NCBI GenBank assembly: GCA_002633005.1
Contig: NMRA01001062.1
Location: forward strand, 1 to 61,359
From: Phoronis australis
Taxonomy: Eukaryota; Animalia; Phoronida
Length of the DNA stretch: 61,359 nt
Reading direction: 5' to 3'
The notes under the pieces are model-generated. The model did not search any database. It was given only the letters and a program-made list of their open reading frames with translations, and had not been told where the DNA came from. The position numbers were made by a program, and so were the translations under genes. Each line of letters opens with the position of its first letter. Position 1 is the first letter of the stretch. Shown here piece after piece: positions 36,401-51,400 of the stretch.

Positions 36401-39400
36401 AAACTGACCCTTACAGAACATGCTATCTGAGGTGCGTGGACCTAAAATCCAAATCATATCTTATTGCTCAGATTGACGCTTAGCCGTCATGACGGCAACA
36501 TCATTTTCTGTCTGAGGTAGGCGGAATAATAGTGTCATTTTGAGCAGTAAGATATGATTTGTACTGTATGTAAAATACTTATGTAGTAAATATTTTTTTC
36601 TTTGAAAAAATGCACCATTTGACATAAAAGTCCATTGGCTTAAATACACGCGCACACACTCACACGTACGCACACACACACACACCCACACACACACACG
36701 CACATACACACACACACACACACACGCACATAGTGCATTTCAATTTTACTTCAGCATGAACATAGTTTGTGTGTTTGAACTTATTCTGGTCGATTTACTT
36801 TTTACAGGCTTACTGTCTCCTAGAGGAGGTACCGGAAAGATAGTTGGTAATGTAACGATTTTCTTTTTGAGTTAGTGTGGGACAGTCCTTGAAGTTGCGT
36901 TACAGTTTTTACTGGTAAATTTTTACTAAATGTTGAATAGCGAAGAATTTCTCATTTTGACTGAGACTATGACGCGAGAGATGACATGCTTTGAATGTGA
37001 CTATTCAAGTGCCATGCACTAGCCGCATTTTAAGAGTGTTTTATTCCTGGCTTCATTCCATGTTTAATTGCCCTTTGCAGCTGAACATACTAGACTGGTA
37101 CATTAGAATAAAATATTGCTTACTCAGCAATTTAGCCATCTGTCACAGAAATTGGGTGTAAAGAATTTCAAGCCATCTTGACATATCTCCCAAGTTACTA
37201 TGCCTTGATTATCCTCAGTTTTGCCAGATTAGTACATTTTATTAAAATGTAGAAAATTTTATGTGAATCCACCAGGAAACTCATTGTTATTTGAATTAAG
37301 GCGAGATCAGAACATTTTGATTTATGTTTGAAATAGTTTCGCATGTCTTTTAAATACTTGATTTTAAGACATTGTCGTGAGAAGTCATCCATCATCTGGT
37401 TTCACTAAGTGCCATGGAAATTTTATTTTTAAAATAATTATTTTTAATAAATATCTTATGAACATTTTAAGTGACTGTCTTGTTTCTTTCACAAATGTGA
37501 AGAACGTAAAATGTTGGCAGATTACCAAAGTAAGATTGTATACAGTACCTATGCTCATGGCTTGATGGGAGCAATGTTGTAAAATTTTCATCCTTTTTGT
37601 TTTCAGTTGCTGCCTATGTAGGTTATGTTACTGGCAAAATTTCATACCTAAGTGCTTGCAAGTCAAAAATATTGAAGTTAGAAAATAGTGGCTTAGCCGA
37701 TATGATTCGAAAAGGGGGTCGGTCACCATATCAGATATTCTCAGAAAGGTAAGTTGATGACATAAGCCTTTTAGTGCAGTTATTTGTTCACTATTTTTGT
37801 TGAATTATGGTATTTTGTATTTAGCTTTGTCTGATATCTGTGGGTATAAATCTATGGAATTTAAAACCATACTGGCAAAGATTTTATTTTAGAACAATCC
37901 TAATATTGGCGTACTTGTTAGATTTTGTTTCAAGTCCTTTTTTATTGATATACAGTGTAATATGGCATAATTGTCTTGTACATGATGTTTAAGTATGCAG
38001 CGTAAAAATATTGATAATCACTATTAATGACATTTTGATGAAATACACACTTGCTAAACACTTTCTCAAGTCTGTGCTTAACAGCATACATGCTTCTGCT
38101 GAATAGTTCTGATTTGGTATTTAGCTAAAGGAGCCTTTTTATTTTTTCATTTAAACACTATGAGCAGCTCAGGGGAGGGGGGCACTGCACACCATTTCTG
38201 TTGTCCTAGTATGGGTATATTTCAGCCCTGCTATTGGCTTGCTTCTAAGTATGTCACGACCCTCTGTCACATATTCTTGTCCCCCTGTGTCATTTTTATT
38301 CACCCACATATTTATATGTGGACGCATTATGCCGTCATCTCTGTCCGTCCGGCCAGCCGGTGTCTGCTGCTCTATCTCCAAAACCCTTTGACATACGTTC
38401 ATGAAATTTTGCACTTTTATTCCTATCATGGATGGGACGGCATGAGCAAACTTTTGGATGAATCCAACTATCGATGTGTTCCCTAGAAGCAATTTTAGTT
38501 TTTTATGCTTACCTCTATCTTCAAATGTCCTGGACGTATTTTCATAAAATTTAGAATATAGGCACCTATAAGTAAGATGACGCTATCCTCCTGTGTTCGG
38601 ATGGATTCGACGTAGTTTGCGCCACCTAGTGGCCATTTTTGCTGTTTTCGAATCTGTTTTTTGGCGTCCACCCCTCTATCAACCAAACCGCTCTAAGGAT
38701 GATTGTGGAAATTGGCATGTATGTTTTTATTATGAAGAGGATGGCTGACGATGATTTTCCGACAGTTTCGACTACTGTGGCGCCTCCTAGTGGCAGTTTT
38801 GTCTCTTTTTGCGACTATGGCTGTATCTTCTAAACCGTGGCAGGATCTTTACTAAATTCTGCAAGTGCATTTATATGATGTTTACAATGGATGATGATGA
38901 CTTTCGGACAAATCTGACTACCAGTGTGCCCCCTATTGGCAATTTAATTTTTTTTTACGTTTACCTCTGTATCTTCAAAGGTTCTCAAAGTATTTTCATA
39001 AAATTTGAAATATAGGCACTTATTAGTGAGATAAAGCTATCCTCCCATTTTCGGATGGATTTGATATAGCTTGCACCACCTAGTGGCCATTTTTACTGTT
39101 TTTAGTCCACCCCTCTATCAACCAAACCACACTCAGGATGATTGGTAAAATTGGCATGCATGTTCTTACTTCGGAGCTGACGATGATTTTCCAATAACTT
39201 TGACTACTGTGGCTTCTCCTAGTGTCAGTTTTGTTTGTTTTTGCGTCCATGGCTATATTTCCTAAATGCTCTACAGGATCTTTATTAAATTTAGCAAATG
39301 TATTTATATGAAGTTGACAAGAGACGATGGCGACTTTCGGACAGATAGATTTACCGGTGTGCCTGCTAGTGGCATGTATAATTTTTACGTTTACCTCTGT

Positions 39401-42163
39401 ACCTTCAAAGGTCCTCAACAGATTTCCACAAAATTTGGCACATAGACATTCATTAGTGAGGTGACGCTAGCCATTCATCTTCGGATTGATTCAAGGTATT
39501 TTGCGCCACCTAGTGGCCATTTTTGTTGTTTTCAAGTCTGTTTTTTGGCGTCCCTCCCTGTGTCAACCAAACCACTCTAAAGATGATTGTGAAAGTTGGC
39601 ATGTATGTTCTTTCTATGAAGGGGACGGTTGACGAGTAATTTCCGATGACTTCGACTACTGTGCACCCATACTTGTATCTTCTAAGCTCTCTGCAGGATC
39701 TTTATTAAATTTAGCTCGTGTATTTATATGAAGTTAACAAGAGAAGATGATAACTTTTAGACAGATCCCAAGAACACTGTGTTCCTAGTGGCAATTCCAT
39801 TTTTTTCATTTTCCTCTGTTTCTCTGGAGTTCCTGATGAATTTTAATGAAATTTGGTAAATGGCTTTCTTTTAATGAAATGATGACAAATTCCAGTTTTC
39901 AGATGAATTCGACGTATTTTGTGCCATCTAGTGGCCATTTTGATGATACAAATAAACAACTCTAAAAGCATACCATTTGCGATGCATTCGTGGGCGCATT
40001 TCAACGCTCCGTGTTGCTCTGGTATATTTATACATTATTTGCTTGTTGCTGACTATGTTCCCCAAATATTACTGAAGGAGACATGTTTTTAGCTCTGTGG
40101 AAATTCGGTGGAACCGATGTAACCAAATTATCCTCAGTTTCATCTGAGTAATCCTTAGTACATTTGCGACCCCTCTTAGAAATTCTATTGAAATTCGTCT
40201 TTAACCTCCAGGGTGGCTTAGCACTCATTCACACTTGTATGCAATCTTCAGAAATAAAACTTTGATCCTATTCTAGGTCTTATTTGGTGGGGTACTATTA
40301 ACCACTTGACACTGTACTGAATAGCGTTAATTGTTATGTAAAGGTAGTGTACACTGATTATTCAAATGACTATGACTTGTTACAGACCTGCTGCTGAGCC
40401 AAACTATGAAGAACCAGCTAGCATCAAGTCGCCATCAAAAGACATTGACTCTCCCTATGATCCTAACAAATATCAGGGTCTGGATGAAAGCTTGCGACCA
40501 AACTTAGACAGTCAGTATCTTGAATGTTTTTTATACTCCGATTTCTCAGCGAGTGAACATTTTGCTCTTGAAAGCGTACTGCTACCACATCCCTGTACTG
40601 TCATAGTCGTGGATAATTTCAGAATGTTACAAAATGGCTGACAGGATTCAAATGAAACTTCCAGATGCTTTAGTACTGTTCTCCAAAATACTACTAAAAA
40701 CAATTTCTGAAATGTTCCAATTTTGCATGAGGGGCTCTCGCAAATTGGACTTTTTTGATTTTTATGAAAAAGGTTCAACTTGATCATAATACTTGTTTTC
40801 TGATATTTGTTGTATTTCCATGTCTCCGGTAGAGGAGAGATCTACTGTGTCTATCATGTGGGGATAACTCCATAGACAGAAGTGAGTGTAAAACAATACA
40901 CTATATAACAATATTACTGTTAGTAGTTTTCAAAATGTTTTAAACAGACTTTGATAAAACTCTGTCAAAATCTGCCAAACTTGGATAAACTCCTTGTCAA
41001 AATTAGTCAGAGTTTGATGTGACGTTATTGCCCCTCGTTTATTTGTGAAACAACTTACAAGGGAGTGCGTGGAGTCATGCTTGTCAAGATTGTGTTGAGA
41101 ATTTTGCCAGAATCGGAACATGTTCTATTCAAGAAAGAAAGGGATATTCAGTTTGTCAAAACATTGTTGAATTTTGACACTGTCCAATTCATTTTGAAAA
41201 CTGATACACAGTGGAAATATCCAAGTGATATTAACTATGTCAAGAGTAATGCTGATTGAGTTTGTGGTTCATACTGGTGTTCCGGAGGGGAGTAAGCCTT
41301 GGCAGGAAGAGGAGAAAGTGCCACAGACTTCTGTGTCTTACGACGACCTTCGTCGACAGAATCGACAGCACTATGAAGACCGGCAGGCAACGTATTCCCG
41401 TCAGTCTCGGCCGTCCTCGCTGGCCATTCCTCCTCCCCCACAGAGGGCACCACCTCCATCTGCTAGCTCAAAAGGTCAGGTTAATCTTGCACAGCCAGGG
41501 TTCCCAACTAGAGGGACAAATGTGTTAGGACGTGTGTGTCATTTAGCAACTAGTCTTAATTTTGTTTTGATTTTGTGTTTATCTTGAAGAAATTATATTT
41601 TTCTGGTCTTCCACAACTTTATACAAAATTTACAGCAGAGTTCACAGGTAGTATTTGGTGGATATAGCAAATTTGAAAACCAGCCCTATGGTTTACTTTG
41701 ATCTCAACTTCGCCCAGTTTTCTGTTGTGAAAGTGTAGACAGCATCCTGCTGATTGTGGATTTCCTGTCTGGGTTTGGTTGTGAAGTTGCCTGACTTTAC
41801 TGAAAGATTCTTTTTACCTATATTTGTGCCACCGTTGGGTGACTTATTGTAAAAAAATTCAACAATTTGTTTTGGAAGAGCCAGAATTTGCCCACAAATA
41901 GGAGTTGAAACGGGGGTTAGCTTTAAATTTGAGTCTTCCAGCACATTGTCCACATGGACACCTTGACTTTCATTATTTTGTCTAATGGTACGTTTATGTC
42001 AAATCATTTCAAATCTATTTCACCGTCTGAAGTTTCAAGTATTTGTACATTCAAAAGTGTTGCATAGTTTCAACTGCAAGTTATGTAAATGTTATGTAAA
42101 TGTTACGTATTTTTTGTTGTAGGTAATAAGAAAAACGAATATGGAGATGTGTGGGACGATTAA
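33446..42163 (+). CDS. OCIAD1: OCIA domain-containing protein 1 / asrij-like, 8 coding exons, ~249 aa
   Basis: Exons 33446-33523, 33708-33780, 35916-35969, 36808-36846, 37607-37748, 40386-40510, ~41277-41474 (acceptor uncertain) and 42123-42163. Motifs LQECSIESFLYRCLP, GYVTGKISYLSAC...LENS, YDDLRRQNR and NEYGDVWDD match OCIAD1. Confidence 0.9.
35581..35770 (+). repeat. 38-bp minisatellite, 5 copies
   Basis: ACACACCTGCTCTCCATAGTATGGGCACGGAACACGAG units. Confidence 0.92.
35975..36270 (+). repeat. ~37-bp AT-rich minisatellite, about 8 copies
   Basis: TAGATTAATATTTAAAGTCATA(C/T)TGA... units starting at the exon-3 donor of OCIAD1. Confidence 0.85.
36645..36730 (+). repeat. Imperfect (CA)n microsatellite
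   Basis: Direct inspection. Confidence 0.95.
38293..40025 (+). mobile_element. Helentron-associated/DINE-1-like non-autonomous element with internal tandem modules
   Basis: T-rich insertion site, 5' hairpin CCACATA-TTTA-TATGTGG, CTGTCCGTCC tract, about 3.5 internal 430-460-bp units containing GCCACCTAGTGGC, and a 3' GTGGGCG plus short CAAC..GTTG hairpin. Confidence 0.65.
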
Positions 42164-45100
42164 CACTAGTTAAAGGTATGTGGCAGCAGTTTGCTTTGCC
42201 CATAGGTGGCGTAATGATTCTGCTCGTAAGAGTTGGCCTCAAACAGACATGTGTATCAGTGACTGATGTCTTGGTTTGATAATCAGGAGGTTTTAGCTGA
42301 ATTATGGGTAAGTGAGGGGTCAGGGGTCAGGGCGGAAATTGAGTTACAAGTGAGAGAGATAGATTATTTGAGGTCATCGTGGAACTTCTTGGTCTTTATC
42401 TTATATTGCACTAAGTTAAGGTAAAATTTGTCTTAGCACCATTTCGTGATATTTCTTAAGTCCAAAGTTAAGACTTGACATGCTATGAACATTCCCACTA
42501 AATAAAATTGGTTCTAACCCCGGTGTTTAAGGTAAACGGCGGGGTATGGAAAATTGAACTTGACCGTATTTATCCACCTTGGCTGAGACGCGCTCGGCTC
42601 ATGCTCAAAGGGATGCCGCCAAGCTGCTCTATTCATCGAGTCACGAGCGAGGATAATTGACTTCGCTCATGTGGATATGATCAGCTGATTACAGTCTAGC
42701 CTAACAACTGTACTTTTTATGGAGAGAATTTTACGTAGTTTTTACTGTAATATTTGAAAAGAGGAGCGAAAACAAATACGAATACAACTTTGAATTTTTC
42801 AAATCGGCCCAGGATAAGAGATTTTGCAACACAGAAACACTCACGATTACTTTCATTCGGCGCGCACGAATACAAAAATATAGGACCCAAGTTAGGATTG
42901 TATAAATGTAGAACTACTCCGTGTGTTATTTAGGTTTTGGAAAAAATGCATTTTAATACTCAAAATACGTTTTGTATAGCTATTACAAGCTCTAAAACGA
43001 CTTTGTGTAATTTCATTGAGATCGTTCTTTGTCATCCGTCAAACCGGAAACTTCCGAGATGTGACTCTGCGAGCGCACTCACCTTGCACGTTACAGCCGT
43101 TTAAGTGAAAAACAATCTAGTAAACGCCATTTTCTTGCATAATCCTCCGCCTTTTGTAACAAAAAAGTCTATCGTCGATGACCCGCACACGCACGCTCAC
43201 TCACTCTCATACGCAGACGACCTTCAAAACAAACGTCACGTGACAACAACATGTGTGTTCATCCAGAGATTTTTCTCGTGTTGTGGAGTACGATGTAGCG
43301 CACATTTGGACTTAATCGCAATTAATCTGGACTCCACAGGAACTTTAAAAATTGTAAAACATCAGGAAGATTTCAGGTAATTTGTTGAGTCGAAACTATA
43401 TTTTTATTCAAGAGTACAAGTTTTCCTATTGACGATCGCGATTCAGCGACGCATCAGTCGGCAAGTTTTCGCCCTGTGATGAGCACAATTTTTTGAAAAA
43501 TTATCGTAATTTAACAACGGAAGTTGATAGCAATGCACCACAATTTTGTAGAAAGGCTGTCATAGGCTACAAATACGTCACAGAGCGTAAATTTGATGAA
43601 TCCTAGCTTCCGATTTTACCCGTTTGGGAAACCGGGTTTCAACTGCCGTAGGCTCACTACAATAAGCGTCCCCTCCCCGTGAAATGAATTTTTCTAAGCG
43701 TTTGTTTGAGCCAATACAGTATACAGCTTTCCACCAAGGCTAGGTGATGCAAGACATTATTACTTGTTCTTTGTTGCATTATAGTAACTGGTCTTGGCTA
43801 ATTATCATTTTATGGCCTGGTCATCCATTCAGCCCAAAGTAGTTCCAGAGGTGGCTTATCAGCCAATTATTCACGCATGCTGACTCACAATAGAAGCCTG
43901 ATAAGAGTGAAGGTGGATAAATGCAGTGTTCCTACAGTTTCTTGTTTTAGTGGATGTGTTCATGACATGGATATCAGTCTTAGCCAAGACATAAAGTTAG
44001 CCTGCTATAGAAGACTTTCATCGCGGACTGTAAACAGCTTTGGAATGCATTTTGTCAATGTTTTTCTATATGTTTCATAATCTGATGGTTTATGTTAAGT
44101 TGGAGATCGTCTGCTTTCAATTTAAGAAATAGCAAAGAACAAAAGACACAATGCAGTGCAACTTACTTCTGAAGCGATACTTTCCAGCTATATCAAACTA
44201 TATGTAAATGGTAAATTGTAAATGCCCATTTAGAATGCGTGTACCACGAGTATGCTTAATACTCTATGTCACAACAGATGGCAACAGTGTAGTTAGTATG
44301 GCAAAAATGATTTAATTTCTGTCTAGCCTATGATTGAAGACCATGACACCTTTTCCAAAATTTTGTCTTTGGCCTTAACTTTGGCAAATCTTTGCCTTTA
44401 ACTCTTAAGTCCTATGTGGCTTTTCATGAAACGAGTCCCAGGTTATGATTTACTTACAAATAACAATGATGACATAGTTTCCTATAAAAACTGGAAAATT
44501 CGTACTTGCTCGTCTACATACAAACTATTGGACTAAATCACCATGTTAACTGAAACATTGCTTAAAAACTGCTTCGTGACTTTTCACAGAGTAATTTTAA
44601 TTGTATACTAGACATCTGCTGTCCCTATCTTTAAGGGAAACAAAGCCAGGAGAACTCCAGATACGCCTTCTTCATTTCAATATTTTATTTGGCAAATAAC
44701 ATGGCACTTAATGAAGCAATAAATACCTCAACTTATTACTAAACACTTATTGGAATTTCAAATGAGAAACACTTAAATTTTGTATTTGATACAATTACAA
44801 TAAAATCTTTGCCCTCTTCCTTTCTTCTTCTTCATCTTCAACTTTTCTTCTTTTGTTTCTGAATTATTTAACAAATTAGCAAGCATTGCTTCACAAGCTC
44901 AAGATTTTTTTCTGTCGTTTTCTTTTGACATTTGCTCCCTGTGATTGCTTAGCAACGTTTTTCATCAATTACTTTAGATTTTGTTTTCCCCTTCCATGAC
45001 ATTACTCCTTTTTGTGGCAAATTGGGCATTTGCTTGATCAAGTAATGATGCACAAAACAAGTTAAACCATGAAAAAGATGTTGTAATAACACATCGGACA

Positions 45101-45472
45101 AGTGCAAGGCGGAAATTACTATATTCTTCTGGTGCTATTTTTCTCTCGCCTTCTCATATTCCTCTTAAATCATCACGCGACACACAAATTTCTGACTAGA
45201 CACATTTTTCTTTCTCTTGTTCTTTTTGTTTATTTTCTTTACTGTCCAATAATTCACTACTTAAGTAATTTTATGGACACGATGACATGTTTGTCTTGTT
45301 ATCTACTAATGGTGACCGCTATTCTTCCATGTGTTCGTCTGCTTTATGGATCAGCTGATGAACCGGGGAGACGAGATCTCTCATCCATCTCCCCTCTTAT
45401 TCATCTTCTTTTACTACAAGAACTACATGGTTGTCTTATCCTTCAGTCTCACAGACATTGAGATCGTTCACG

Positions 45473-48400
45473 TCACGTCTTTCTGGTACCATTGTCCTCA
45501 GCTTCGTCATCTGTTTCTTGTATAGGTGCCCCAAACACAGAGTTCATCAAACCTCCCCCTCTCTTCTTCTTTACCACTTTCTGCTCATTCATCACCTTCT
45601 TAAACACCTCCTTCATCCTCTGAGCCTTCAGCAGCGACGTCACTCTATCCTTGACCATCACCAGTTGTTGGCCTTCTTTGGACTCCATGTCTTTTTTGAT
45701 GAGCGTTTTGCGTCTCTTGAATTCCTTCTGGCCAGCCATCAGTTCTCTGGAAACACAAAATTCAACATATTTACAAACTTAACACACAACATAACATTTC
45801 CCCCCATCAAGAACGCAAATACGGTTAACAGCAAAAATAGCTGACCATTGTGGAGGGAAAATACTATAATAAAGAATGGCTTAGTCACGTTGTTACCCAG
45901 TAGTTTTTTTTTAATTTCCCTTCATTCTCGTTCATGAGACATTACTGCTGTAACAATGAGTTTAGCTTCCACCTAGTCGTGATAAGAGGAATTCCCAATC
46001 AATTTGTTTTGTCTGATGACATTTGACATGTATTGTCACTTATTGTTATGAAATGGACATTTAACATAAGACTAATACCTGTTGGAGTATCATTGCCTTT
46101 ACATAGTCATCTTTTTGTTGTTTCTATTATTTATTGATTGCATTGGTTGTTGTCTTTTTCAGTAGTATCATAAGTTTAATGTTTTTGTTAAACTTGTGTT
46201 TACACCATTAGAAGCACTGTTTGTAGGAGTTCATTTTGACCTATAAACAGACCCTTGTAAGCCACTGTAAACAGCATTCAATATATTTTTAACTTCATGA
46301 GAGCATTAATTGCACAATTGCTTATTATACTCCCATCATATTGGGAAGGTATTGCCTAAGCAGACATGATGTGTTACTTAAGCAGATGAGATGTGTTACT
46401 TACCCAAAATCGACTTCTCCGTCACCGTCGTCATCAAGTTTCTTAATGAGTTTGTCTATAGCCTTGGAACTCATTGGTACATTAACACTCTAAAACATAT
46501 ATTGGAAGAACAGAATTAGCATCCATTGCAATCAATTTTTATTGCTGATGCCTTTCTTCTAGCATGTAAGTTCCACTTCAAGCCGGTGAAGTTAGCGATT
46601 TTGAGTTAAAGGCTATATAGGACCTAAGAAAAATGTTCAAATTTGGCTTAATTTGTAACGTCATATCTCAGAAACGGGCGATCACATTCGTACGAAACTT
46701 TCAGATACAATTCTTTATGCCCTGTTCTCCAAACGACTTTTTGAATTTCTGTTTACATTTTCACTTTTTATGGGGGCTATCACAAAATAGAACTTTCTTT
46801 TATGATTTTCCCAAAAATTAAAGTAGTTTAAAATAAAAAAAATGATGGTGTTTTAGAGAACTGTATTTTTAGTTAAATATGTAGACCTGTCAATCAGTTT
46901 CTACAAAACCTGACTGTATGTGACCTTAGTATCTGACTAACACATGAAATTTTCAATATTACCCCTTAGTTTCCACTTTTTAAACAGTTCAAAGGGTGAT
47001 CGTGTAGTGCTGGGTGTTAATACTATTTACCATTAGACCTTCCTTAAACTCTTGATGAGTCAGACTCTTGCTCCCATCTCTGTCAATCATAATAAACAGA
47101 TCCACCAATCGCAACTTCTTTTGCTCCATGCATTCCATTAAAACCTAGAAAAAACATATCTTCGACAAATTGGTATCGTAAAACCTCAATGTGTTAAGTC
47201 ACAATATGATGGACTAGTTTATTTGTTTTCTCATTTGTATCAAAGTAAATAACACTAATTAGCTTATTTACATTATGTGCTGTTAGCACCATGCCATCAG
47301 ATAATGTGTTGAATATTTTCAGACATTCCCAACAAAATGAAAAATGGCAATTCTAGCTATTACTTTTGTCCAAAATTGGTGTAATCAGATTTTCACAGGT
47401 TTTAATGTTAAAACGGTATGCTACAAGACAGGGCTTGGTTGCTGCCCGAAAGTGACATGTCGAGCTCTAAGTCCAGTGACTCTGAAATTGACCAATGGCA
47501 TGGCAGCACGCTTCGGGTAAACTTCTTTGCATAACATTGTTTTGTATTTACAATGATCATCAAGTATTTACTCTGTCTTGAATTCCTTTTCTGGCCACAA
47601 TGGAATTTCCGTGTAATTTATACTTCAAATGTCTTTTTATATTTTTTTACTTGTACTTTCACCTTACGTATTCTCATGCAGTCGTTATCCCCCTCATCTA
47701 GAGCCCTCGTGTGGATTTTAGAGTATTATTCTCCAAAATTGTCAAGTTTCTTTGATAACTATTTGTCCAGGATCTAATACTGAATTCTGATTCCCCTTAA
47801 TAGAAACATTCATATGATCAACTAAATGAGAGCATTAGTTACCATCATGGGATCTGCATTGTCAAAGTCATCGGTGTCTTTTGCATCACCTTGTCTTTGT
47901 AGTAATATACCATGCTTGAAGTACAGCTGTCTTTTATCCCTCACTGCATGTAACAACTGCATTATGGTCAAATCAACTGCCTGGTCCTGGAAAAGTGTTT
48001 TGAAAATTATTAAATTTAAACTAAAAATGCCCTTGGTCAGAATTGCAAATCTTGTAAAAAATAGTCATATACTTGCTTCTAAACCTCTTATTTCATTTGT
48101 TCGTTTGTTCTTGGTTTCCTGTTTAAGTCTATAGTTAATGGGTTCTGGAAATGAAAGAACATAACCCATTTGCAGCCTCACATTGCATTTCTTGACTGAA
48201 AATTTTTTGAAGTCTTTTTCTACATGTGAACAAATTGCATGCTTTTAGCAACGTGCTCAGGATTTTGTAAGGAATACATCATGAAAATATAGCAGAAATG
48301 TGTCCTTTTGTAGAGGTCAATTTTGAACACCATTTTATGACACTAAGGTGTGACGACCACAAACATAGCAATTCGGTTACTACAAAGAGAATGTGGAAGG

Positions 48401-51400
48401 TACACACTGACACACAAAGGCAATATAAGCATAGCTAGCTAGCTTAATAATTGAGTTTGTGTTTAATACTGATTGGCTTATTGCAAAACTAATTATATAA
48501 TCTAACTGTTTTAATAGTAGGGGCACAACTTTTTACTCTGAAACCGGGGGTCATTTTCAACATATTTTTTTTCAATTCATGGAAAAAAATCATGCGAAAC
48601 CATACGTCACACTTGTGACCTTTTTGATTTTGGATGTTTTTAGTGTGGTGTCGTGTGTGTCGAAAAGTTGCCCTTAATATATTCATCTCTTCAGAAACCA
48701 ATTAATCTATCCATAAAAGCTGAACATAGTTTGAAAATAAGTTATTGCTTTTTGATGTTGAGCACGTAATGTACCATGGATAAGGTGCTCATGACATGGT
48801 CTGAAAATTTTCAGCATCATGCGTGGAATGTTTGAAACTGTTTTAGATACCATCCCGCACTTGAACCCATAAAATCAATTGTTAGACCCCTGTCAACCCC
48901 TTTCTACATTTCATACTGATGACTGATGATGATTTCCACGTTTTTCTTTAATCTCGTGTATTCTCTAGTCCTGTGGGAACCTGAGGCACATATTTTCAAT
49001 CAAACATGAAGTGTGCCTTTCTATTTCTGTTAGAAGAGGGAATGCTAAATAAGCTTAGCACCCATGAGGTCAGCAGTTAAGACCAAGAATATAGGTGATT
49101 CTGCAATACATTACCCTGATGTCCACTTCTATGATTGATGGAGCTCCACCTTGCTCTAACATTTCCAAAATGGCCCTAGCACCTGACATGGTGATTGGGT
49201 TACGACCAATCTAAAATTAAAATCAGCTGATGTTATTCAGAGCCATATAAAGTGAGTTGTAAGCAAATGAGTGTCAAGAACTAAATAATAATTTTCTTGA
49301 AACTTCTGTGTTTGGTGTTGAATGGGGAGGGGGGCAGAGGAGTATTGATGAGCACAAGGGGAATTGATAACAACCATTGGAGGTAAAAAGGTCCATCTTT
49401 ATAAACAAAACAGAATCTTTCAGTCATTGTTAGACTTCAGATCAATTTTTAATGGTGACTTATTTTCTACTAACTGACCATCAGGGATTTGTAAACTGAC
49501 CAATAGAATCTTGAGACTCTCATTAGACTTCAGACCAGTCAACAGATGCTGTAGACAGCTGTAATCAATCCTATTGTTTGTCACGTCAAGCTCTGTCATC
49601 ATGTAGTTAGTGCTTAGCGTCTTCCCAAGTTCCTTGCAGCCGTATTCATACAGTCCGTTCCAGGCCAGATTGAGCGTGAGTATTCCACTGTGTCTCTGCG
49701 CAAGGACAACAAAATGTGAATATCCGTAATGTTACAATTTGCCCCTGCATTGAAGAAGCACTGAATCTGGTTTTGCACGGAAGATATCAACCAAAATAAG
49801 GTTATTTGAAGATCATTTAAAGAACCAAATGAAGATGCCTTGGTAGTTATCATATACTTTGGGGTCTACAAATGACATGACCTGTTTTATCATATTACAT
49901 TATCCCCATCTGCTGATGGTGTCCTTTACTGTATTTAGTCGATGGCAGTGGCATGTGGTTCTCAATGCATACTGTCATTTTGCTTATTGTGTCTGCCTTC
50001 TTATTGATTTAGCAAAAGTCTTACACTGTCACGTCACCTATTCACTGTACAGTGTCCATATATTCTCAGCACCCTTTGAATCATTCAGTGCATCTACGTG
50101 AGGAAAATGGCTGGCTCACGAAGCTTATGCAGACTCGGCTGACCTCTGCTAGTGTACTGTTATATTTAATTTTATTCGCACTGCTCACATCTGTGTCAAT
50201 ATAATTTTTCCATTGGATGTAGTGGCGAGATGATGAATTACACCTAGCCACTGTATGCATTGTTTCAAAAACGTTGTTAAGGATTGTTTTTTTAAAATAC
50301 TCCACTTTTACATGAGTGCTATAAAAGTAGGGCTATGTATATTATTATTTTCATGGAAAAAACTCAAATGTTGTATAAAAAGGAAACAATATGATATTTT
50401 AGAAAACTTTAATTACATCATTTTTGAGATCTCATCTGTAACATTTACATCAAATGAAGTTGATAAAGTTTACTAAAAAGACATAGTCACATGACCCAAT
50501 TAATGTCAGATTGGTAAAAATTATAAATTGAAATTCTTCGGGCTTTCTACATTTTGAAAATATAAACTTTTATTGAATAAAAATCTATAGTTTTGTAGAA
50601 TAATATTTGACTAAGTATGCAGACTTGCTACATTGATAGAGTTTAGCTTGGTTACATTTTTCCAGAAAGGTGTGAGCCATTGAGGTGCAGTGCAGATATT
50701 GAAATTTGTGCAAATTTAACGAGGTAACTGTGTTCACCTGTATGCTTGAAGCTATTGCCGCGGCTCCCTTCTGCCTAAGATGGTTCCAGCTGAGATCCAG
50801 ATTCTCTAACGAATCATTTTGTCCTAGATGTGTGAAAAAATGGTTAGTATCCTCTATTGGAGGCAAACATATAAACAGCATTTAGTAATTTTCAATTGGA
50901 TTATATTATAAAACGTGACATCATTCGAATATATATGTCAGACTTACATTGTACAGTCAGGTGTCAGTCTAAAAATCATGCTTTTCCTAAAAAACTATTA
51001 TTAGCATTGAATTATAAAAATACCTAATGATTCAAATGTCAAATTTTTATCAGATAGCAGATGAATCATATTCACACACCAACCACTAAGTAAAATTGTG
51101 TCTTTTCTGTATTAACCTGGGTTCCCATTGACCTCGATTGTACAAAAACTGTATAAATCATTTTCTTGGAAAAATGTTGTTAAGAGACCCCAGTATACAT
51201 ATACATTTTGAAAATGATAAATTGCATAGTGTGCTAAGGTAAATACCTTTGCCCAAAAATTTCAGTGATGACCAATGAGTTGAATGCTTTAAATAACATT
51301 TCATTCACTTACTTAAACCGTCCGCCAGAATTAGACCCCCTTCCTCTCCAAATTTGTTATGGCTCAAGTTTAGGTCTTTGATAGTTGCATTGTTCTGCAA

